The notes beneath the pieces were generated by a model. It saw only the letters and a program-made list of their open reading frames with translations. It had not been told where the DNA came from and searched no databases. Below, piece after piece: positions 1 through 7,528 of a stretch of DNA of 49,007 nucleotides. Positions within the stretch are counted from its first letter, which is position 1. The number at the start of each line of letters is the position of its first letter. A program made the position numbers and the translations under genes. Source of the DNA: Candidatus Methanomethylicia archaeon. Its GTDB lineage: Archaea; Thermoproteota; Methanomethylicia; Nezhaarchaeales; B40-G2. The stretch is from assembly GCA_029259155.1 (NCBI GenBank), contig JAPDJI010000021.1, positions 1 through 49,007 on the forward strand, read 5' to 3'.

Positions 1-58
1 AGGCCTCGTAGACCATCCTAGAAAGCTCTTCAGCTAGGGCTAAGCAGGGCTTAGCCAT
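1..58 (-). CDS. 5' end of a gene running off the window edge (MAKPCLALAEELSRMVYEA...), next in the cob operon; function unknown
   Basis: ATG at 58-56 overlaps the cobY stop region and is preceded by GAAGTGGGG; the frame is open to base 1. Confidence 0.55.
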   Translation of the reverse strand, partial: MAKPCLALAEELSRMVYEA

Positions 59-678
59 GGATAGGCCCCACTTCATTAATCAGCCTCTCAGCTAGCTGTA
101 GGTCCTTGAGGGTGTTGATGTTGACCGCCACCTCGACCCTTCTGAGGACCAGGAGCTCCTCGTCGATCCACTCCTCGTCGATCAGCGAGGCGTCTAGTAC
201 GTTAATCCCTGAGGGGGCCACCATCAACCCCTCGGCTTCAAACACGTAGCTTGGCCTTATTCCAAGCGCTTCATAGACCTCGTAGGGGGCCACGACGGCC
301 AAGGAAGGCCTGCTGCAATGCGTAAAATAATACCTAACTATATGATCTATGAGCAGCCCGCTCAATAATGGCAGGTCGCAAGCGACTACGAGCACGGGTC
401 CCTCGAGCCTTAGCGCCTTTACGGCGTATCGTAGATCCTCAATGTATCCCTCGCCGGGCGACTAAGGCCTCCGCTCTAAGCCCCCTCGCGACTTCATAAG
501 TGTTGGGCGTGTGCCTCGACGCCACGACTACTACTCTCTCCACGTAGCGGGCCTGCTTAAGGGCCTCCACCACGTAGTTGATTAAAGGCCTGCCAGCGAT
601 CTTTACTAGCGGCTTCTCAACGCCTAAACCTAAGCGAGTGCCTCGGCCTCCAGCCATTAATAAAGCTGGGAGGCGCAT
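51..678 (-). pseudogene. cobY: GTP:adenosylcobinamide-phosphate guanylyltransferase (archaeal CobY), split by a frameshift between 462 and 439 (pseudogene or assembly indel)
   Basis: ORF 439-678 has MAGGRGTRL...EKPL; the +1 frame continues SPGEGYIEDL...VVACDLPLL...NINTLKDL into ORF 51-395; lies directly downstream of cobS. Confidence 0.85.
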
Positions 679-1437
679 CTACAGAACCCTCCCGGCGACC
701 ACTATCGTAGTCAACGACGCTGCGCGCGCCATCTCATTTAGGGCCCCAAACACGTCCCCAGTTACCCCGCCAAGTAGGTTGTGAGAAGCCCTAGCCACGA
801 TTAGCGTCAAGGCCATTGCACTTAGCACAGCTAAGAGCCCTTTCAGGAACATAAGCCACCAGGCTAGCCCGAGGCATGAAGCTATGGACACCGTGAGGCG
901 CGTGGGCCACCCAGGGCTTCTCGCAGCTTTCACGAAGCTAGCACCCATCCCTGGATAGGCGGGTTTTTCAAGGCTCGCCAACAGCACCATCGACAGCTTA
1001 GCTGCGGCCTCCGACGACGCTAAGCTACGTAGAAGCTCCTGTCGAGGGAGCTCTGAGACGCAGGCTATGGACAGTAGGACTATGAGAAGGGCTAGCATGA
1101 AGCCTCCAACTCCAACTTGGACGTCCTTCATGGCCTTAACCCTCTCCTCCGGGGGCCCATGGGCCATCAACCCGTCCCCTAGGTCCATGAGGCCGTCTAG
1201 GTGGTTGAGGCCTGTGATCGCCAGTATCAAGCCTATAGCTACAACCCCTGTGAAGAGGCCTGGGACTACTTCAGCTACCAGCTGAGCTACGGCGCCCGCC
1301 AACGATCCTATGAAGGCGCCGATTAAGGGAAACCAGTACATGCCCAGCGCTGCGTCGACGAGGCCTCCTTCACTAGGCTTAAGCGGTACCACCGTCAGGA
1401 AGGTCAACGCTGCCCTCAGCTCCCTGAGGAGCTTCAA
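679..1437 (-). CDS. cobS: adenosylcobinamide-GDP ribazoletransferase (cobamide synthase)
   Basis: Polytopic membrane protein with FLT, TGLNHLDGLMDLGDG, MKD..VGVGG and GGVTGDVFGA motifs. Confidence 0.95.
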   Translation of the reverse strand: MKLLRELRAALTFLTVVPLKPSEGGLVDAALGMYWFPLIGAFIGSLAGAVAQLVAEVVPGLFTGVVAIGLILAITGLNHLDGLMDLGDGLMAHGPPEERVKAMKDVQVGVGGFMLALLIVLLSIACVSELPRQELLRSLASSEAAAKLSMVLLASLEKPAYPGMGASFVKAARSPGWPTRLTVSIASCLGLAWWLMFLKGLLAVLSAMALTLIVARASHNLLGGVTGDVFGALNEMARAASLTTIVVAGRVL

Positions 1438-2594
1438 GGCTTCCTAGACCTCCGCTTAGCTAAGAGCCTCGAGTACATGTTCGAGGAGGAGCCTGCGATG
1501 AGCCCTCCGATGACGTCGTCCATGAATGGCCCCAGCCGCTTCAAGACGCCGGGCTTAGCCTTATCGAACCTAACGAACTCGAATAGCCCCTTAGTGCCAG
1601 CGATGTACTTGGCTATCTCCATGCCCAAGATTTCATCCGCCAGCAGCGAGACAGGGTCCTCCTTGAAGGCCTCGGCAGTCAGCCCAGGTATCAAGCCCTC
1701 CTCCCCGTCTTCTTGAAGCCTTAAGCCCGCTAGGACTAGGGACGCTACGTTAATGTCCTCCAAGGCCTCCAATAGGCATTCACGTAGGACCTCCACCACT
1801 TCCTCCCTGCTGCCCATGTCTGGGTGGTAGACTAGAGGCTCTAGAGCAGCGTCTAATAGGTCGTCGAAGGTTATACCGCGTTCTTCAAGGCGTTTAATTA
1901 AGGGCCTAATGGGTAAAAGGCCTTCATGCTTCACGACGGCCTCCTTGACGCCCTCCAGCACCCCCAGGCTTACCAGCCTTCCAAGCTCAGTAGCTAGCCC
2001 AGCGTAAGCGACCCGTTCGCCCCTACGCGTACACGCTACGACAATGGAGTCCGTCGAGGTACATGTGGCTGGCCTGCCTGATGCCCGACTCCTAACATCG
2101 AGCCTCCTAAAGGCCTCAGCCTTGGCCTCAGCCACTACTCTAACGAGCTCCACGAGGCAGGGGTCCTCGACGGCTCCGTCGACGAGCAGGATGATGTTGA
2201 CGGTGCCCACCGCCTTCACGTCTACTGAGTCCAGGATCGACACGGCGTTGGAGAGCCCCGCGGTCACGAACACGTCCACAGCGATGGCGCCGCACTTAAG
2301 CCCTCTATGGGAGGCCTTGTTGACGGCGGCGGCCGTCATTAAGCCCACGACGGGCCTAGGCAGCTGGAGGCTATGTGCCACCTGTTCAAGGTAGGCGGCT
2401 GGGTTGGGCTCGTTGAAGCCGCTCGGTACTTGATGGTTGAGTATCGACCTAGCCCTACGTAGGCCGCCGTTGAGCAAGGCCGAGCTCAACGCCTTTAGTG
2501 GGCGGCTGGACTCCACGACTAAGTTGCCTCCGTCCACGTAGCATCGAACCCCTTGACACGAAGGGTTGAACTCCACCCTCGCCCACCTCCTCAA
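1434..2594 (-). CDS. cbiS: bifunctional adenosylcobinamide amidohydrolase (CbiZ) / alpha-ribazole-phosphate phosphatase (CobZ) fusion, CbiS-like
   Basis: N-half has LSSALLNGG, GLMTAA, GTVNII, EAK and ATCTSTD (CbiZ); C-half has DINVASL, DPVSLLADEILG, IAGTKGLFEFVRFDKAKPG and GPFMDD (CobZ/PgpA-like). Confidence 0.9.
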   Translation of the reverse strand: MRRWARVEFNPSCQGVRCYVDGGNLVVESSRPLKALSSALLNGGLRRARSILNHQVPSGFNEPNPAAYLEQVAHSLQLPRPVVGLMTAAAVNKASHRGLKCGAIAVDVFVTAGLSNAVSILDSVDVKAVGTVNIILLVDGAVEDPCLVELVRVVAEAKAEAFRRLDVRSRASGRPATCTSTDSIVVACTRRGERVAYAGLATELGRLVSLGVLEGVKEAVVKHEGLLPIRPLIKRLEERGITFDDLLDAALEPLVYHPDMGSREEVVEVLRECLLEALEDINVASLVLAGLRLQEDGEEGLIPGLTAEAFKEDPVSLLADEILGMEIAKYIAGTKGLFEFVRFDKAKPGVLKRLGPFMDDVIGGLIAGSSSNMYSRLLAKRRSRKP

Positions 2595-3559
2595 AGAAGC
2601 GTTAAGCCCAGGGCACTGCCCAGGGCCGTTAGAGGCACCACGGCCAGGGCGATGAAGAGGGCCACGGTAAGCTTCATTAAGCGCAGGGCGGCCCTAACGT
2701 GGCTTATCGACAGCTCCTCTAAGCCGTCGCCGAGCGTGTAGAAGCCTGGCTTCTCGAGCTGGACGCGTAGGGCTCCAGCCATAGCCGACAGAGGCCACCC
2801 TGAGTTTAAGCTGTCGGTCCTTCCCCGATCCCTCCTCAAGACCCTTAAAGCCCTCCTCCAGTCCATGCCGGCAAGCCACGCCGCGCACACCATTAAGCAC
2901 CCGGTAACCCTGGCGGGTACGTAGTTAGCCAAGCTATCGAGCTTAGCCGCAGCCCAGCCGAGGTGGGTGAAGGGAGGGTGCCTATAGCCGACCATGGAGT
3001 CTAGGGTGTTGATCACGCGGTAGGCCAAGGCTCCTAGGAAGCCTAGGAGGGCGAAGTAGAGGAGAGGTGAGGTGACTCCGTCCACGGTGTTCTCGCCTAT
3101 GGACTCGACCGAAGCTGAGATCAGCTGGCTCCTCGAGAGCCTCCTCGTATCCCTGCTAACTATCCGCGAAACGAAAAGCCTAGCGGCTTCAAGGTCTCCG
3201 TTAGCCATGGATTCCACGATCGGCTCGACGTGTTGCTCCATGGACTTTATCGCGAAGGTCGTCTTGAGCAGGGCCGCCACTAAGAACAGGTATATGAACG
3301 TGGGCAGGGCTGTGCTTAGGAGGCGTAGCGCTAGGTAGAAGGTCGAGGTGAACAGGGCGAGGGACGAGGTGACGAGCAAGAAGCCTCCCAGCCTCCCCCT
3401 AACCCTACGCTCAAGGAACAGGACGTAGCGCCCAACCCAGACCGTTGGGTGAAGCTTCGAGGGAGGTTCCCCAAGGAGTAGGTCGAGGGACAGGGCTGTA
3501 AGCAGCACCGTGAGCTTAACCAACACCGGGCTCAACCAGACAATCAAGGTTTCACTCAC
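2591..3559 (-). CDS. cbiB: adenosylcobinamide-phosphate synthase
   Basis: DLLLGEP..HP, IVSRDT, ESIGENTVDG, YRVINTLDSMVGY, NYVPAR and NSGWP motifs. Confidence 0.95.
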   Translation of the reverse strand: MSETLIVWLSPVLVKLTVLLTALSLDLLLGEPPSKLHPTVWVGRYVLFLERRVRGRLGGFLLVTSSLALFTSTFYLALRLLSTALPTFIYLFLVAALLKTTFAIKSMEQHVEPIVESMANGDLEAARLFVSRIVSRDTRRLSRSQLISASVESIGENTVDGVTSPLLYFALLGFLGALAYRVINTLDSMVGYRHPPFTHLGWAAAKLDSLANYVPARVTGCLMVCAAWLAGMDWRRALRVLRRDRGRTDSLNSGWPLSAMAGALRVQLEKPGFYTLGDGLEELSISHVRAALRLMKLTVALFIALAVVPLTALGSALGLTLL

Positions 3560-4691
3560 CGAGCACGGCTACCAGGGCCCTCAAAAGCGCCTCGTTCTCT
3601 AAGCGCCTTCGAACGGCCACCCTGATGTAACTTCTGCCCAGCCCCCTGAACGAGCTACAGTCCCTAACTAAGATCCCGCGCTTCATTAGATCGGCCTTCA
3701 ATGTGGTCGACGTCTTGCCCGTGCCTCCAACGTCGACCAAGAAGAAGTTGGCCTTGGTGGGGAAGGCCCAGACCCCGCTGAGCCTCCTAAACCTCTCGTA
3801 GACGTAGCGCCTCTCCCTCGCCACGAGCGACTTCACTCGCTCTAGGTACCTTCGATCCCTCAGGGCCTCGACCGCCGCCGCCTGGGCTAGGACGCTCACG
3901 CTCCAAGGGGTCTTGACCCTAGACATCAGCCCGGCCACCTCCTCAGAGGCCACCGCGTAGCCTATCCTCAGCCCTGGCATCCCGAAGGGCTTGGTGATGG
4001 ACCTCAACACGAGGAGGTTCGAGTAGCTGTTGACGAGGTCGACCAGAGAGGCTGGCTCGTCGACAAACTCGACGTAGCTTTCGTCGATCAGCACCAAGGC
4101 GCCTGCCTCGTGGGCTTCACGTACTATCTTAAGTAGGGCCTCGCGTGGCGCTAGGTAGCCCGTAGGGTTGTTGGGATTGCATAGGAAGATTGCCTTCGTC
4201 CTCCTGCTCAAGCTCTGCAGCACGGCCTCAGGGTCGAGCGAGAACCCCTGCTCCTGCTTAAGCATGAGGGGCTTGACCAGGCCCCCCATCTTGGCTACGC
4301 ACACCTCGTACTCGCTGAAGGTAGGGCATGGGATGAGTGCTTCATCCCCCTCCTCCACGAACGTGAGCGCAAACAAGTGGATTAGCTCGGTCGAGCCGCA
4401 GCCCACGATCACATTGTCTGGGCCTACGCTTCCTAGGTACTCCGCTACGGCCTCCTTGACCGCTCTACACTGAGGGTCAGGGTAGAGGTTGAGGAGGTTC
4501 AAGGATTCTTTAATGGCTCTCAGGGCTCGAGGTGGGGGACCTAGAGGGCTGACGTTCGAGCTGAAGTCCACGACCTCCACGCCTAGGCTTAGCGCCTCGC
4601 CTCCATGGACGCCCGGCCTAAGCCTAAGAACCACCCTCCTCGCTGAACGAAGGGGCAGCCCTCCTTTGTCACGCATTGAGGCTGAGTCCAT
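3552..4691 (-). CDS. cobD: L-threonine-O-3-phosphate decarboxylase (PLP-dependent, HisC-like)
   Basis: VHGG, DFSSNVSPLG, NPNNPTG, DESY and RSITKPFGMPGLRIGY motifs; start placed at the ATG at 4691 behind GGAGGAGG rather than at 4775. Confidence 0.9.
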   Translation of the reverse strand: MDSASMRDKGGLPLRSARRVVLRLRPGVHGGEALSLGVEVVDFSSNVSPLGPPPRALRAIKESLNLLNLYPDPQCRAVKEAVAEYLGSVGPDNVIVGCGSTELIHLFALTFVEEGDEALIPCPTFSEYEVCVAKMGGLVKPLMLKQEQGFSLDPEAVLQSLSRRTKAIFLCNPNNPTGYLAPREALLKIVREAHEAGALVLIDESYVEFVDEPASLVDLVNSYSNLLVLRSITKPFGMPGLRIGYAVASEEVAGLMSRVKTPWSVSVLAQAAAVEALRDRRYLERVKSLVARERRYVYERFRRLSGVWAFPTKANFFLVDVGGTGKTSTTLKADLMKRGILVRDCSSFRGLGRSYIRVAVRRRLENEALLRALVAVLGE

Positions 4692-4744
4692 GGCCTCCTC
4701 CGCCTTCAGGGTCAGGTGGGTCGCGTGTGCCAAGACCTTGCACC

Positions 4745-4762
4745 GTAGGAAATATTTCCTAT
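4745..4762. promoter_or_regulatory. candidate operator upstream of the cobD-cbiB-cbiS-cobS-cobY operon
   Basis: GTAGGAAATATTTCCTAT, containing a perfect 16-bp palindrome at 4746-4761; resembles the sites at 7509 and 11568. Confidence 0.65.
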
Positions 4763-4847
4763 ATCTTCGGCGCACTAATATCGCTTGCGCTCCGCCATCA
4801 ACGCAAGCTGGTTAGCTCAACACGCGGCTGCGTCGGGGAGGGCCTCC

Positions 4848-5534
4848 CTAGACCCCCTCAGCGTGCTGCAGTATGCTCATCAACGCGGCGCACCCATAGG
4901 CTCCGCGGCTCACGACCTCGACGACCGCGTACCTGTAGCTTGAGTGTAGTAGCGGTGAAGAGTTGACTAGCGTATGGTACTCGCCTCCCTCGCCGAGCGG
5001 GTCCCACCCCTCCTCCTCGCACACCTCGAGGAACCACTCCAAGTTGTCTTTGGACACCTCGACGCCTAGCAGGTCGGCTCTAGATGTGGACTTAACAGCG
5101 ACCACCGTGAAGCCCACTCCGTCCTCAACCATCTTCCTCAAGAGGGGCCTAGTGGGGTGCTTGAAAAGGGGCTCGAGCAGATCCACGCCTACGCGCCTAC
5201 ACGCCTTCTCGTGCCACTCTAGGTGTTCCTCGAGGAGCACGTCGCCAGCTACTAAGGTCTCAGCCCCAAGCTCCTCGAGCTTCTCCGCGAGAGCCTCGTT
5301 CTCGCGGCCGCTCCTCAACTCAACGACCTCTAGGGGGAGGCCCATGTCCTCGGCGAGCGCCGCTACGGCGTGCGCGTTGAGCTCGTGGGGACTGGGCTGC
5401 TGGAAGGAGGGTCTCACGAATAGGAGGGCGTCGACGTCGACCCCAAGCTCCTTGGCTTTCATGATCGAGTACATTGAGTCCTTGCCTCCGCTAAAGAGAG
5501 CCACGGTGGCCACCGCGCTTTCCACCGCCCTCAA
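4848..5534 (-). CDS. DUF71/COG2102 (diphthine-ammonia ligase-like) PP-loop ATP pyrophosphatase, probable B12-salvage subgroup
   Basis: FSGGKDS PP-loop, AGDV, EPLF and DPLGEGGEYHTLV; located inside the cob cluster. Confidence 0.85.
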   Translation of the reverse strand: MRAVESAVATVALFSGGKDSMYSIMKAKELGVDVDALLFVRPSFQQPSPHELNAHAVAALAEDMGLPLEVVELRSGRENEALAEKLEELGAETLVAGDVLLEEHLEWHEKACRRVGVDLLEPLFKHPTRPLLRKMVEDGVGFTVVAVKSTSRADLLGVEVSKDNLEWFLEVCEEEGWDPLGEGGEYHTLVNSSPLLHSSYRYAVVEVVSRGAYGCAALMSILQHAEGV

Positions 5535-5536
5535 CT

Positions 5537-6304
5537 CTAGACCCTCGGGTAGAGGTTGAGGACCTCACCCACCACGGGCAGGCCGCTGTGGATGTAGGAG
5601 ACGTTGTCTAGGTGCCTCCTAGCCAACGATGCCGCCTCCACGACCTCTTCAGGGGTGGCGGAGCGCCACGGCTGTCCAGGGACCCTGACGTAGCCGTCTA
5701 CCCTGAAAGGTATGGAGCGGTCGACTGACGCTATGAACTTGGAGATGCGTTCGATCTCCTCGATGTCTATGAGCCCCGGTATGAGCACGCTCTCGGCCCT
5801 AACCTTCACGCCGATCTTAGCGGCGCGCCTAAAGTTCCTCAGGACCCTCTCGTTGGGTCTTCTCGTGTAGTATCTGTGAAGCCGGGGGTCCAGGGCCTTG
5901 AGGCTTATGCAGACCTCGTCCAGCCCAGACTCCTTGAGCGCCTCGATAGTCTTCTCGTCCAGTAGGTACCCGTTGGTCAGTAGGACTGTGTAGACCCCCC
6001 GTTCCTTGAAGAGCCTCACCACGTAGGGCAGCGACCTATCTAGGGTTGGCTCTCCACCACCCAAGACGACGCGCTCAACCTTCAAGTCCTCGATCAAGCG
6101 GCTGAGCTCGCTTAGCGATAGAGTGGAGCTTGGTGAAAGCTTGCTTAGCTTAAGCTGCGTCTCCACGGGGATGTGGCAGTCCCAAGGCGAGAGCTTTAAT
6201 ATACACCCTCGGCATTGGAAGTTGCAGCCCTTGAAGAACAAGTAGGCCAAGAGGTCGTGGAAGAAGAACACGAGGTGATATATCCTCGTCTTCACGGCGA
6301 ACAC
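5537..6304 (-). CDS. radical SAM protein (PflA/COG1180-like core); true start may be the GTG at 6295
   Basis: GCNFQCRGC, GGGEPTL, LTNG and LIPGLID motifs; 2 bp from the DUF71 gene. Confidence 0.88.
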   Translation of the reverse strand: MFAVKTRIYHLVFFFHDLLAYLFFKGCNFQCRGCILKLSPWDCHIPVETQLKLSKLSPSSTLSLSELSRLIEDLKVERVVLGGGEPTLDRSLPYVVRLFKERGVYTVLLTNGYLLDEKTIEALKESGLDEVCISLKALDPRLHRYYTRRPNERVLRNFRRAAKIGVKVRAESVLIPGLIDIEEIERISKFIASVDRSIPFRVDGYVRVPGQPWRSATPEEVVEAASLARRHLDNVSYIHSGLPVVGEVLNLYPRV

Positions 6305-6484
6305 CGAGGAGCCTCTGCACTTTTCCTACCACCATTCAGGTAGGCCGATAAAAGTATTGCCTCGAGCGCCTACTCCTTGCGCCTAGCCCTCTAATGAGTT
6401 GCACATCGATAGGTACTTCCCCCGGTGCGCTTGAGTGCGGCAGCAGCCCCCAACAAGTTTGTAAGCGTGTAAGCCGTAAAGGAC

Positions 6485-7348
6485 TTGATGCAGAGGAGAG
6501 TACCCTTCATCACTTTCTGTACTAGGCCGGCGAGAAAGGCTTGGATCAACTTAGCTGGCTGCAACTTTGACTGTAGAGGATGCTTTGCGCTGGCTAAGGA
6601 GGACGTGGGCAGGGCGTTCTCGGTCGCCGAGCTAGTAAGCTTCTTCGTCGAAGCGTGCCTCTACATTTACGGGTGCCTCGTCGACGACGTAGTGATAACG
6701 GGCGGTGAGCCCACCTTAAACCCCGCCTACTTGGTAAGCTTAATCGAGCGTTTGCGGAAGGCGGGCGTGTCGAGGATCTCACTGTCAACTAACGGCCACC
6801 TCTTGGACGAGGCCCTCGTCAGGCAGTTGAAGGTCCTGGGCGTAGGCCCGGTTAAGCTGGATATAAAGGCGTTCAGCGAGGACATACACTACTGGTATAC
6901 GGGGAGGAGCAATAGGAATGTGTTGAGGGCTGCGAAGCTGCTCTACGACTACAGCGTGGACTTCTACGCCCGGACGATACTCATGCCTGGCATCGTGGAC
7001 GTAGACGAGGTGGAGAAGATAGCCAAGTTCCTGTCGTCCATAAGCCCGGAAATACCCTACCGAATATACGAATTCGACCCCTCTCACGCAAGGCAGCCCG
7101 TGGCTAGGAAGCCGACCCTTGAGGAGATGGCTAGTGCCTTCGAGGCGTCTAAAAAGTACTTGGTCCACGTCGAGTCCATCCCCGCCTCCATCGCGTACGA
7201 CTCTAACTACGAATACGTTGAGGTGCGCGACGACATGCTCCTAGATCGATTCAACAAGATCGACGAGGTCTCGAAGCGATCAATCAAGGGCTGGAAGATG
7301 AGGGGCATCCCCTTCAGTGAGGTCTTTTCAAGGCGGGGACGTGGCTGA
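6485..7348 (+). CDS. radical SAM protein (PflA/COG1180-like core), paralog of the divergent gene
   Basis: GCNFDCRGC, TGGEPTL, STNG, DIKA, YTGRSN and LMPGIVD motifs. Confidence 0.88.
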   Translation: MMQRRVPFITFCTRPARKAWINLAGCNFDCRGCFALAKEDVGRAFSVAELVSFFVEACLYIYGCLVDDVVITGGEPTLNPAYLVSLIERLRKAGVSRISLSTNGHLLDEALVRQLKVLGVGPVKLDIKAFSEDIHYWYTGRSNRNVLRAAKLLYDYSVDFYARTILMPGIVDVDEVEKIAKFLSSISPEIPYRIYEFDPSHARQPVARKPTLEEMASAFEASKKYLVHVESIPASIAYDSNYEYVEVRDDMLLDRFNKIDEVSKRSIKGWKMRGIPFSEVFSRRGRG

Positions 7349-7475
7349 CGTTCACGGAGTCGACGATGCTTAAGCCCTCGTAGTTCAGGCGGTCCGCAAC
7401 TCCGCTAAGCCGCTCTTTAATAGCGGCACTACTTCCTAGGGGCACTGCTCGCAAGCTAACTGCTATAGTGCTCAT
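7314..7475 (-). pseudogene. possible truncated remnant of an MTH1187/YkoF (thiamine-binding, DUF77)-like gene
   Basis: MSTIAVSLRAVPLGSSAAIKERLSGVADRLNYEGLS resembles the family N-terminus (xxAxxSVVPLGT...SGL); only 53 codons. Confidence 0.25.
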
Positions 7476-7495
7476 GGTTTTAAAGCACGCCTCAG

Positions 7496-7526
7496 AAAAG
7501 TTAATTAAGCAGGATAAATATCCCAC
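7496..7526 (+). promoter_or_regulatory. btuFCD promoter (BRE AAAAG, TATA TTAATTAA 7501-7508) with candidate operator at 7509-7526
   Basis: GCAGGATAAATATCCCAC lies directly between the TATA box and the start codon; 15/18 identical to the cobT site. Confidence 0.65.
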
Positions 7527-7528
7527 TC

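Noticed and set aside
4692-4775. 28-aa N-terminal extension of cobD in the ORF track
   Set aside because: A strong GGAGGAGG precedes the ATG at 4691, and the extension covers the AT-rich promoter/operator.
4783-4808. GCTTGCG-N12-CGCAAGC inverted repeat between the DUF71 gene and cobD
   Set aside because: Short arms in GC-rich DNA, no second copy and no T-tract; chance cannot be excluded.
7349-7528. Cobalamin riboswitch upstream of btuF (also checked upstream of cobD and cobT)
   Set aside because: No recognisable B12-box, and the TATA boxes at btuF and cobT imply nearly leaderless transcripts. A covariance-model search would be definitive.
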